Source of the DNA: Chiloscyllium plagiosum
Lineage: Eukaryota
DNA length: 64,000 nt
Assembly (NCBI RefSeq): GCF_004010195.1
Contig: NC_057728.1
Location: 49,337,065-49,401,064, forward strand
Direction of reading: 5' to 3'
Shown here: positions 53,263 to 64,000 of the stretch, piece by piece
Position numbering within the stretch: the stretch's first letter is position 1
Layout: the number at the start of each line of letters is the position of its first letter
Translations under genes and position numbers: made by a program
Notes under the pieces: generated by a model
Told to the model about the DNA's origin: nothing
Databases searched by the model: none
Seen by the model: the letters and a program-made list of their open reading frames with translations, nothing else

Positions 53263-53883
53263 CACTTTCACATTATGAAAGAGTTTATTAGGGTAGATGT
53301 GGAGAAGTTGTGTCCATTTCTGTGGGAGACCAAAACTAGGGACATAAATATAAAATAATCACAAATAAATCCAACAAGGAATTCAGGAGAAACATCTTTA
53401 CCCAACGGAAAGTGAGAAGTGAGGGTCATGATTAGATTCAGCCAGAATCTTGTGAGATCCTGGAGCAGGGTCCAGAGGCTGAATGGCCTAATTTGTATAT
53501 TGCTTATTTAAGGGAAGCTGGACAAACACATGAGAGAGTTGTGTAAGGTAACCGAGTGAGGGATTAGGATGATGGGTGGTTACGGTGGGTCAGGAGGCAG
53601 TCACGTCAGGGCTGAGTTGGGTGTCAGGAGGATTGATGGGTTGGGGGTACGTTTGGTGTTGCGATGCTCAGCTCAGGTTGTGTTGAGGAGGTGATGGGAA
53701 TGAGGGGTCAGGGATCAGTGGTGAGTCAGGGATGGGGCTAGTGTCGAGAACACAGAAAAGGTTTTACTCCCTGTAACCTTCACTGGGTAATGATCCAAGT
53801 GAGTGTGTTGTAACTCTCCAAAGTCTCTAACACTTACTCAGGGTTGGAGAGTTCTGCAGGAAGGCTCTGCACACCGAATAAAT

Positions 53884-53975
53884 GATGATGAAAGGCTTTT
53901 GCCCAAAACATCGATTTTCCTGCTCCTCAGATGCTGCCTGACCTGCTGTGCTTTTCCAGCACCGCTCTGATCTAA
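53884..53975 (+). mobile_element. Short Penelope-terminus insertion
   Basis: TSD cac(c/t)gaataaatg; decayed tgatgaaaggcttttgcccaaaacatcga. Confidence 0.7.
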
Positions 53976-55152
53976 ACACTGAATAAATGGCTATCTGATG
54001 TTTAAACACTCCTGGATAATTCTAGCAGTTGATGAGTTGGGATCTCCAAGGGATCCTATAGCATATCTTCCAGGGTAGATGGTTGTAAAAGGTTTCTCCC
54101 AATCGGAAGATGTGGGCCAGAGCAAGTCTTTGTAATTTGAAGGCTGCACTCAGATATCACTGAGGTAATGGCCTGAGCCAATGGAACAGGTCAGTGGGAT
54201 GTTGTTTTATTGTCTGAAGCACAATGTCTTCAGTTATTTCTCTTCACCTTTGCCAAAACAACGGATTGTCAGATCTGGGCAGGCAGCACAGGGTGAGTGT
54301 TGGGAGCCTGTGGAAGTTCCAAGATGCAGACTCTGTGGGTATCACCCTTGAAGTTTGAACTTCTAATAGTTTAATTCCCCCTACTCCTGGAATCCTCTGA
54401 AGTGGTCTCCAACTCTGAAAAAGAGCCAGAAGCTTCAGCCAGTTCTGATTTACTTACCTGAATAGGTCCCCAGGAAAGGTTCAACAGCAAAACCTCATCT
54501 AACTCCTGGGGAAATCCATAACTGGTTCCCCAGTCACTCACAGTGACCTCTAATTCCTCCCTTCAATACTCTCCCCCCCCTTCCCAGCCCCCCTCTCTAA
54601 ATCAACCTAATCCGACTGCTCCCCAATCAGATCTGACTAATTCTCACCAATCTGACATGACTAACCTTTAACCTGACACTGCCTCATGATCCAACCTACC
54701 CTGACCCCTCTGCCCACCCATTCCTTCATGTTGAACATTTAACCATATCTTACAGCAGATAGTGCCCCAAGAAACAAAGAGGTAAGGGAGGCGTTTGGGT
54801 GTCATTGGTGCTGACTCACTCTGCAGCTCTCTATTTGTATTCTGGGCTGTGGGAGTTCCTCTGCGCAGGGATTGTGCACTGGATGTCTGCCCTTTATCAA
54901 CCAATCCAGGTCAATGGGTAGTTTTCCATTTCATCAGTATCAGACATAGAGTTCCAATACTGATCGGAAGAGTTGGGCTAATGCCTCTTCCCCCAGTACC
55001 CTGCAGGACTGACACCTTGGACAGGGGACTACATTCTCAACCAGGAACAGGTCCAAATCTCTCCTGGAAGAGTTCTGTGATTAAAAATTCACCACAGAAG
55101 ATGTTAAATGCCAGAGGAAACATCACAGAAGTGCTTCACAGGAGGCTCCCAA

Positions 55153-55192
55153 GCACTGAGGATGTCACCTAGACAGGGGACGAAACGTCTGC
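55153..55192 (+). ncRNA. Minimal hammerhead ribozyme (PLE terminus ~55120-55230)
   Basis: GCA-CTGAGGA-T-GTCACCT-AGAC-AGGGGAC-GAAA-CG-TC-TGC: stem I GCA/TGC, 7-position stem II with one mismatch, ACGT palindromic stem III, GUC site. Confidence 0.75.
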
Positions 55193-56924
55193 AACACAAA
55201 TTCCCAGCTCGGCGAACAGAACCACAACATCAGTGGATTGACTCCTGATTACCCTCTGAAATGAACTAGTGAGCTACCTTGTACAAGAACAACATGTTGA
55301 CTCTGAAGCAATGCCCACATCCTATCAAAGAATAATAAAAGAAATCAAGGTCACTTTGTTTGTACACTTTGTAATTATGACTCCCTGATTTTCCCTCATT
55401 TATTTAATTTTAACAAACTGTTGATGACAATGTGATAATTTTCCTCCAACTAATTTTCTAATTGTCTGCACAGTACACTGGGATAATCTGTAAATGCTAC
55501 ATAAATTCAAGCCTTTTGAAATATTCAGGAAAATATTTATAAAACAAAGAACTGCAGATGCTGAAGATCTGAAAGAAAACAGAAATTACTGGAGAAACTT
55601 GGCAGGTCTGACAGCATCTGTGGAGAGAGAAACAGTTAACTTTAACTTTTTGAGTCCAGTGATGCTTCATCAGAATGTCAGAACTGCTGGATCTGCTGAG
55701 ATTCTCCAGCAATTTCTGTTCTTGTTTGAGGAAAATGTTATCTTCCCACATTAATATTTATCAATATTGTAAATGTTTGAATTTGAAATTTTGTTCTCAT
55801 TGCTTTCTTTGTTTTCTGAACTGTGTTTGCACAGAAATTTATGAAGTAAGGAGGCCATTTTCATTGGAAAATAGTTTCTGCCTGACAATGTTGCACCTCC
55901 ACTAGATGGCGGTGTTGGAACCACAATATGTAATGGTGCTGGTGTGTGCGGCCACACTGAGGTGAAACAGCAGGCAGGAAGCTCTCAGGCATTGTGATCA
56001 AAATCTCTAGATATATTGTTCCTAGTTTCTGATTCTGACTACTCAATCTGGTCAAAACATGACAAACATTCTGGTCATTAACTCAACAGCTGGCCTGCAC
56101 TCATCTGAGCTATAGGATGGAGAACATTGAAGATGTAACATTTCCATAAACAATTCATGGTACCGAGAGGGATATACATTCTCAATATCACTTTCCTTTT
56201 CTACCTGATTCATATAGGAATAGGTGGAGGCCGTTCAGCCCCTCCAACCTACTCTGCCATTCGATGAAATCACAGTTGATCTGCATCCAAATTCCATTTA
56301 CCCTCCTGGTTCCATAACCCTTAATCCCCTGACCCAATAGCAATTTGCCAATCTCAATTTAGGATCCAATCACAAATTTCAATCTCAACAGCTTTTCTTC
56401 TGCCAAGCAGAGCTCCAGTTTTCCATTCCCCTTCGTGTGGAGAATTGTTGCCTCAATTCACTCCTTGAATGACCTAGTTCTGAGTTTAAAGTTACACTAC
56501 TTTCTTTGAACTCCGAAAGAAGACCAAAGACCAGAAGAACTATATTCCCTCCGTGTCCTATTAACTCCTTTCACCATCTTCAACTTCTCAATTCAGTCAT
56601 GCATTAATTTTGTAAACTCAAGGGAATCTTTTCTCCCAAAGGAGAGTGAATCTGTGGAATTCTTTACCTCTGTGGAGGGCTGTCGAGGTTGGGACATTAA
56701 ATATGCTCAGGGCTGAGATAGACAGATTTTTAATCAGGAAGGGAATCAAGGGTTAGGGGGAAAAGGTAGGAAAGTGGAGTTGAGGATTATCAAATCAACC
56801 ATGATCTTATTTAATGGCAAAGCAGACTTGATGGGCTGAATGGCCTATTTCTATTCTTACATATTATAGTATTATGAATATAAAGCCTATCTTTGCATCT
56901 TGTTCTCAAAATTTAACCCTTTAG

Positions 56925-57488
56925 TCACGGTGGCACAGTAGTTAGCACTGCTGCCCCACAGCACCAGAGACCCGGGTTCAATTCCCGCCTCAAGCAACTG
57001 TCTGGGTGGAGTTTGCACACTCTCCCCGTGTCTGCGTGGGTTTCCTCCGGGTGCTCTGGTTTCCTCCCACAGTCCAAAAAGTGTGCAGGTCAGGTGACTT
57101 GGCCATGCTAAATTGCCAGTAGTGTTAGGTGAAGGGGTAAATGTAGGGGAATGGGTCTGGGTGGGTTGCTCTTCAGAGGGTCGGTGTGAAAAATGTGTTG
57201 CTGGAAAAGCGCAGCAGGTCAGGCAGCATCCAAGGAGCAGGAGAATCGACGTTTTGGGCATAAGCCCTTCCTGAAGAAGCTTCAGAAGCTTCTTCAGGAA
57301 GGGCTTATGCCCAAAACGTCGATTCTCCTGCTCCTTGAATGCTGCCTGACCTGCTGCGCTTTTCCAGCAACGCATTTTTCAGCTCTGATCTCCAGCATCT
57401 GCAGTCCTCACTTTCTCCTAGAGGGTCGGTGTGGACTTGTTGGGCCGAAAGGCCTGTTTCCACACTGTAACTAATCTAATCTAATCTA
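56925..57488 (+). mobile_element. HE1-type SINE with inserted fold-back element
   Basis: cacggtggcacagt..gggttcaattcc, V-domain-like segment, (aatct)n tail. Confidence 0.9.
57189..57419. mobile_element. Near-perfect palindromic Penelope-terminus insertion (family B)
   Basis: Exact 14-bp TSD agagggtcggtgtg; arms of ~96 bp centred on 57284. Confidence 0.85.
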
Positions 57489-58299
57489 GTCCGGGGACCA
57501 TTATACCCCAAAGATCAATACAGCTGCCTTGGGTTGCAAAGAGAGGAAAAAGCATGACAATAACAAGAGAGGAGGAACAATCTACTCTCAGGTACAAAAT
57601 TAAATTGTAAATATCTTTAAAACAATTAGTCTTTTTGACAAGTTCATAAGAGGTATCTCCCTCTTCCACAGTCAGTCCTATTTGACTCCGAGATATGTCC
57701 AAACAGGTTAACAAAAATACCTTTTTCACCAGATGTGTTTAGTTAATAAAGGGGTTACAGAAAATATTTATTCAATATACATTTACTGAATGATTAAATC
57801 ATCTTTTCCCATCTTCCTCTTTGCTCAATACCTGACCCAATTTCTAGAATAGCGCATCCCGTAGAAAACAATTGAATGATTAATTATATTAACAGCACAA
57901 CTTTCCTTGGTCTGTTTCCATCCTTTAAAAGAATGTTACTTGTATTTTTTAAGTAATGGGATTTTAAAATGGAAATAAGAGAAATTGTTTGCATTTCCGT
58001 AGTGCCTTTCAGTAACTCAAGTTGCCCCAAAGTGCTTCAGAGCTGATGAAATACTTTGGAAGGGCAGCATAGCAGATGTGACGAGCGATTTCCAAACAGT
58101 AAGTTTGCACAAACAACAGTGAGATATCAACACAAGCGTTATATCCAGGAAGGTCTGTGTATCCAGAGAGACAGTGCTGAGCCGAGTGAGAGAATGTAAT
58201 TATTCAAAATGAACATTGCAGGGCATTTAGAAGGAGACTTCAGACAGATATTTATTTAGTACCTAAAGCAGGGCATAATAAGGTTTACAAAAACAAGAT

Positions 58300-58810
58300 A
58301 AAATGGATGCTGGAAATCTCAAATGTAAACAGAAAATAATGGAGAAACTCAGCAGGTTGGGCAGCACCTTTTGGAGACAGAAACAGAGTTAATGTTACAG
58401 GTCAAGAATTTTTTTTCATCAGACTCTCCTGCGTTCTCACAACAAATCCTCGCACTGAAACATTAACTCTGTTTCTGCCTTCACAGATGCTGTTGGACCT
58501 GCTGAGGATTTCCAGTATTTTCTGGACAATGTGGCACATCTTGATGTTAATGTTGGATGTAAAAACTCATGTTAATTGCATATTAATTGAGACAAAATGC
58601 ACACAAGACAGAAGTGAAATCTCAGTTATATATTTTCACAATGGGAACAGAGATGTCTAGTTTGTCTTGATGACCCTTCTCCAGAACAGGGGTCACTGGA
58701 CTCGAAAGATTGACTCCGCTTTCTCAGCACAGATGCTGTCAGACCTGCTGAGTTTCTCCAGCTATTTCTGTTTTTGGTTCAGGTTTCCAGCATTTGGAGT
58801 TCTTTCTTTT
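58300..58810. mobile_element. Older PLE-type terminal fragments, partly in inverted pairs
   Basis: cacagatgctg..gacctgctgagtttctccagc motif on both strands. Similar at ~9685-9775, 48710-49110, 51050-51245, 55545-55725. Confidence 0.6.
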
Positions 58811-59114
58811 GGAATTTGTTTTATGCAATGGGTTCACAAATAGAAACTACAAACTCGAGCCATGTTCTGTAGATAGATTTCACTGCTAATCAAGAAATGC
58901 AATACTGTGTCACTTGGTTACGAGTATCAAATTAAAAGCACACCATGGTATTATATTTTAATGATGCATTGAATAGGGATCATCTTCCAATGTTTGAGAT
59001 AATGAATTTTTGCTGGTTTAAAAATCTGCAATGAACAAAGTTGACAGGGAAGCTCAATGCATCACCTTGAGGGTGAAATTGGGATCTGACAGGCTAGGAT
59101 TTGTGCCTTTATTG

Positions 59115-59735
59115 AAGGAGAAGCCTGGGAATTACAGACCTGTGAGTCTGACCTACGGTAAGTTGTTGAAGGTAATTCTGAAAGATAGAGTTTATATGCA
59201 TTTGGAGAGACAAGGAATGATTAAGGATAGCCAGCATAGTTTTGGGCAAGAGAAATGGTGTCTCACAAACATGTTTTTGAGGAGTAACCAAAAAGACTGG
59301 TGAGCTCAGAGTGGTAGAGATTATTTACCTGGACTTTAGTGAAGCCTTTGACAAGGTTCTGCATGGTCGACTAATTAGTAAAGTTAGATCATGGGGGATT
59401 CAGTGTGAGTTTGCCAATTGGTTTAATGGCAGGAGACAGAGAGTGGTGGTCGAAGTTGTTTTTCAGACTGGAGGCCTGTTATCAGCAGTGCTCCACAGGG
59501 ATCAGTGCTGGGTCTGCTTTTGTTTGTCATTTAAATAAATGATTCAGATGAGAATGTAGGGAGTCATAGTCAGCAAGTTTGTAGATGACACCAAAATTAC
59601 TGGTATAGTGGACAGTGAAGAAGGTATTCTAAGATTACAAAGGCATCTTGATCGATTGGGTCAATGGGCTGAGGAGTGGCAGATAGAATTAAATTTGGAT
59701 AAATGCGAGGTATTGATAAAACAAATAAGGGGCAG
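59115..59735 (+). mobile_element. CR1 RT fragment (3' tail piece resumes at ~60577-60705)
   Basis: KPGNYRPVSLT, YLDFSEAFDKV, SKFVDDTKI, LGQWAEEWQ. Confidence 0.85.
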
Positions 59736-59739
59736 AACT

Positions 59740-60575
59740 TATTTTTTGTTTGAGAGTGTTGGTGGGTTTGTGTGCTACTGGGATTCTGAGGGGTCTTAGT
59801 AGTCTGGCTGTCATTTCTGGAACTTCTTTGATGTATGGTAAGGCGGTTAGGGTTTCTCGCTGTGTTTGGTCTGCTTGTCGTGGTTTGTTCTTGAGGAATC
59901 TGCGCACTGTATTTTTTGAGTATCCGTTCTTCTTGAATACGTCGTATAGGTGGTTCTCCTCTGTTTTCCGATGTTCGTCTGTGCTGCAGTGTGTGGTGAC
60001 TCGTTGGAATAGTCTTCTGATACAGCTTCGTTTGTGTGTGTTGGGATGGTTGCTGGTGTAGTTAAGTATTTGGTCAGTGTTTGTTGGTTTTCTGTATACG
60101 CAGGTTTGTAGTTCTTTCTTTCGACTGTGACGTCCAGGAATGTGAGTTTGTTATCGGTTTCTTCCTCCTTGGTGAACTTTATGCCTGTGAGGGTGTTGTT
60201 GATGATGTTAAATGTCTCTTCTATCTTGTTTCGTTTTGTGATGACAAATGTGTCATCTACGTAGGGGACCCAGATTTTTGGTTTGATGGTTGGTAGGGCT
60301 GTTTGTTCTAGTCTTTGCATTACTGCTTCTGCTATGAATCCTGATAGCGGAGATCCCATGGGTGTGCCGTTTGTTTGTTTGTAGATTATGTTGTTGAAGG
60401 TGAAGTGGGTGGTGAAGCACAGGTCCACTAGCTTCATGATGTTTTCGTTGGTAATGTGATTGATGGTGGTTGGGGTGTGTGTGATGGTCTCTTCTAAAAG
60501 TGTGGTAAGTGTTTCCTTTGCCAGGTCGATGTTGAGGGAGGTGAACAGTGCTGTTACGTCGAATGAGATCATTGT
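59740..60575 (-). mobile_element. Penelope-like element (family A) RT fragment
   Basis: MISFDVTALFT, YKQTNGTPMGSPLSG, WVPYVDDTF, IKFTKEEE..LTFLDV. Confidence 0.92.
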
Positions 60576-62649
60576 TCATGAATAGGAGAGGTTTGGAGAC
60601 ATATGGACTAAACACAGGCAAGTGGGACTAGTTTAATTTGGGAACATGGTTGGCATAGATAAATGGGCCAAAGGGTCTATTTCCATGCTGTATGACTCTA
60701 TGAAGATCTAATCTATGAGATTCCATTTAAGTGTGCAATGGGGTCACCAGGATCAAACTGCACACCAGATTGGGAATGAAAGCAGCTGGTCAATATTTGT
60801 TGTTATTATTATATTATTCAAGGGAACTGAATTTGCAAAATATACAATAACGTGACTGTGCTGTCCCACTTGGACTTTGATTTCTAAATCCCAGGAATTG
60901 ACGCATAACAGGAAGACCATCTTTCTCAGCATAATTTGCTGAAAATTGACCATTGGAAAATTTCAATCTCAAGTTACGTCTAACACAAAGCAAGCTCTAA
61001 AAAACATTGCATTCATAGCTAACCACACCCTCTGATTAAAATAATCACTAGTGTGGGTTTATGCTAGTTCCACATTTTTGAGTACCTTCTAGAAAGTTGT
61101 AAAATCGAAAGATTTCTTTGAATGTCTGGACATTAAAGTATTGCTTTAAAATCTTCTAAGCATTTGATGATAATACTGGACAAGATAGATCCCAGAATGA
61201 TACCTGGCTTGAGAGCTCATAAGATTAATATTTTTTCTATTTGTTTATTCTGGTGATCAGTCACTGAACATGTTCATAGGAGACTGTGTAGTCTTACCAA
61301 AGCAATATCAAATTTTCTTATTCGAAAGTAGAAAGTACGCATACTGTGTTACACAAATAGCAACCATTTGAAAAGACTTTGTTGCAATTATTAGAAATAA
61401 AACTTAAACCCATTGTACTCTCAGCAACAAGATACTCAAACCTCAGTCAAAGTATGACTCTGATTCTAAATTAAACTTCCTTCTTCAGCTGGTGTGGATT
61501 TTCTTTTCTGGCAAATATCTGTATTTACTCAATGTTATCTTCTTTGGTTATTTTACTTTCATGAAATTATTAATCAACTTGCTAACAGAGCTCATTTATT
61601 GCTTAACACAAATTTTCTAAACTCCCCTTCCATGGCCTTCTGTTTCTGGAACTTTCTCTCACTGACATTAAACCACCCAGAACCTCTCTCCTCCTTCTCT
61701 GATCATCTTGGGGACTATTAATCCTGGACACCCTTTCTCCCTGAATGATCTGTTTCTATCTGTAGGAAACTTGCACATTCCCTGTCCTTCTGGATTGTTC
61801 TGCCATTCCAGTAGAACAAATGTCTCTTTATGTGTTCCCTGTGTCATAGGATACCTTGTTGCTAGACAACGGCAATATTTTTCCTCTCTTATACTTTTTG
61901 TTTTCCAAAGCACTGAACTATTCACCTCAAAGGTTTCGATCAGTCTGATTTAAATGCAGGTAAACAAATTTCCACATTCCAGTATCACTCTCAGAATGCA
62001 AAAATGAAACTAATCCATTCCACTCTTAACCCACACAATGTTGAAATAGAAATCAAAATTAAAGCTATACATGGGTCCTGTCTGTTTTAGAAACAAAGTT
62101 TCCAAATAAAGATAAAAATATGTAATGACCCTTCATCAAAATACAAATCAATAAGTCTACACAGAAAGTAACAAATGTAATCCAATGAAACTAGAAAATG
62201 ATTCTGGGCAATTTTAAACATTCATTTTGGATGATTTAATATTAGGTCACTCACAGATGGCTGACTAAACACCAATTGAAAATATTTTTATCATAATAAT
62301 TCAATTTCCAGCTGTGTTAGTGACATAGAATGATTACAGCTCAGAAGGAAATCATGTGACATTAAGAAAACTGTACCAGGTTACTGCTCTTAAATCTACC
62401 ATGGAATACTTACTATGTTTGTCTTTTAAATCTCAAGTCTAACCTTGTGCTGGTTAATGGGAAATGGTGGTGTCCAAACTTTGAAATTATACCACCAGAA
62501 AGGGTAAGGGCAGCAGATATATGGGAACACCTGTGATAACACTATGGCTTTAAGAATTGTATTTTGACCTTTTTTGTATAAAGAAAGGTTGAGACGAAGG
62601 TGTTGAGCAGTCTGCTCAAAGCCAATAAAGTAAACAGCTTGTGAGGTCT

Positions 62650-63575
62650 TAGGGTGTAGGTTTGCTCGCTGAGCTGTAGGTTTGATATCCAGACGTTTCA
62701 TTACCTGGCTAGGTAACATCATCAGTGACGACCTCCAAGTGAAGCAAAGCTGTTGTCTCCTGCTTTCTATTTATATCTTTCTCCTGGATGGGGTTCCTGG
62801 GGTTTGTGGTGATGTCATTTCCTGTGTGTTTTCTGAGGGGTTGATAGATGGCATCTAGATCTATGTGTTTGTTTATGGCGTTGTGGTTGGAGTGCCAGGC
62901 CTCTAGGAATTCTCTGGCATGTCTTTGCTTAGCCTGTCCCAGGATAGATGTGTTGTCCCAGTCAAAATGGTGGTTTTTTTCATCCATGTGTAGGGCTATG
63001 AGGGAGAGGGGGTCATGTCTTTTTGTGGCTAGCTGGTGTTCATGTATCCTGGTGGCTAACTTTCTTCCTGTTTGTCCTACGTAGTGTTTGTGGCAGTCCT
63101 TGCATGGAATTTTATAGATGACGTTGGTTTTGTCCATGGGTTGTAATGGGTCTTTTAAGTTTGTTAGTTTTTGTTTGAGAGTGTTGGTGGGTTTGTGTGC
63201 TACTAGGATTCCGAGGGGTCTCAGTAGTCTGGCTGTCATTTCTGAAACTTCTTTGGTGTATGGTAAGGTGGTTAGGGTTTCTGGCTGTGTTTTGTCTGCT
63301 TGTCGTGGTTTGTTCTTGAGGAATCTGCGCACTGTGTTTTTTGAGTATCCGTTCTTCTTGAATACGTCGTATAGGTGGTTCTCCTCTGCTTTTTGAAGTT
63401 CGTCTGTGCTGCAGTGTGAGGTGGAATAGTGTTCTGATACAGCTTGGTTTGTGTGTGTTGGGATGGTTGCTGGTGTAGTTGAGTATTTTGTCAGTGTTTG
63501 TCGGTTTTCTGTATATGCAGGTTTGTAATTCTCCCTTGTCCTTTCTTCCTACTGTGACGTCCAGAAATGTGAGGT
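62650..63575 (-). mobile_element. Penelope-like element (family A) 3' part with intact GIY-YIG endonuclease frame and terminus
   Basis: LPYTKEVSE..NVIYKIPCKDCHKHYVGQTGRKLATRIHEH..REFLEAWH. Confidence 0.92.
62689..62728 (-). ncRNA. Minimal hammerhead ribozyme (PLE family A)
   Basis: TCA-CTGATGA-T-GTTACCT-AGCC-AGGTAAT-GAAA-CG-TC-TGG: canonical CUGAUGA/GAAA core, 7-bp stem II, GUC site. Confidence 0.75.
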
Positions 63576-63579
63576 CTTG

Positions 63580-64000
63580 TTTTCTTTTAAAGATTGAACA
63601 ATAGAAGCAGCCTGAATGAGTGGTGTCAAGTTCCCACAAAACTGGGATTTTTAGGTTTAGCTTTCTGCAGTTGTTGGGATCTGGAAGATGGATGTGGAAG
63701 CTCTTATTCCTCTCTCTGTTACATCTAAAAGCTGGGGTTCTCTTCCTGCTCGTGGAATTGCTTGTGCGACAATTTATTTTATTGAATTTGCCTTTGCCAA
63801 GGGTGTGTTCATGGGATGTTACTATAGTAAAATAGTTAATTAGTTGCAGGTATATATATATTTATAGTTAAGCATTTCCATAGAGTTACAGTTAAGCCAA
63901 TTCTTTTATTTTTATTTTGTCTGTATTTTAACTGTAGTGCAAAAATAAAGTGTTTTTTGCTTAAACTGGAGTACTTTGACCAATTGAATTGCATATGGAA
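63580..64000 (+). mobile_element. LTR-like fragment, truncated by window end
   Basis: aataaagtgttttttgcttaaa.. parallels the reverse complement of the 31553-32911 LTR. Confidence 0.5.

Noticed and set aside
54234..54292. Possible third exon of the plus-strand gene ending at gtgagt
   Set aside because: Weak acceptor, lies within a repeat-like region, and encodes no recognisable peptide.

Overview
This is eukaryotic, repeat-dense, mostly intronic or intergenic DNA from a cartilaginous fish. HE1-type SINEs, Deu-domain SINEs and shark-type CR1 LINEs point to a shark; no species can be assigned. Two divergently transcribed spliced genes can be read by hand. (1) A minus-strand gene has three phase-compatible exons (18907-18754, 6553-6456, 64-1, running off the window). 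It resembles the N-terminus of an EFCAB6-like EF-hand protein and has an RFX X-box about 90 bp upstream of the ATG. (2) An unidentified plus-strand gene has exons at 35390-35603 and 49309-49386, the second encoding a phospho-FFAT-like motif. The rest is many CR1 fragments, a Rex1/Babar LINE, a decayed Gmr1-like Gypsy element (SCAN-like gag, PR-IN-RT order), solo LTRs, MITEs, SINEs and a SINE-derived 33-bp minisatellite. The most striking signal is a set of Penelope-like element families whose termini each carry a different minimal hammerhead ribozyme. Their short, often fold-back terminal fragments are inserted with 11-16 bp target duplications, down to a 14-bp micro-insertion. The segment 23521-25591 next to an N gap looks misassembled. 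Repeat boundaries are approximate, and family names come from recognition, not from database searches.
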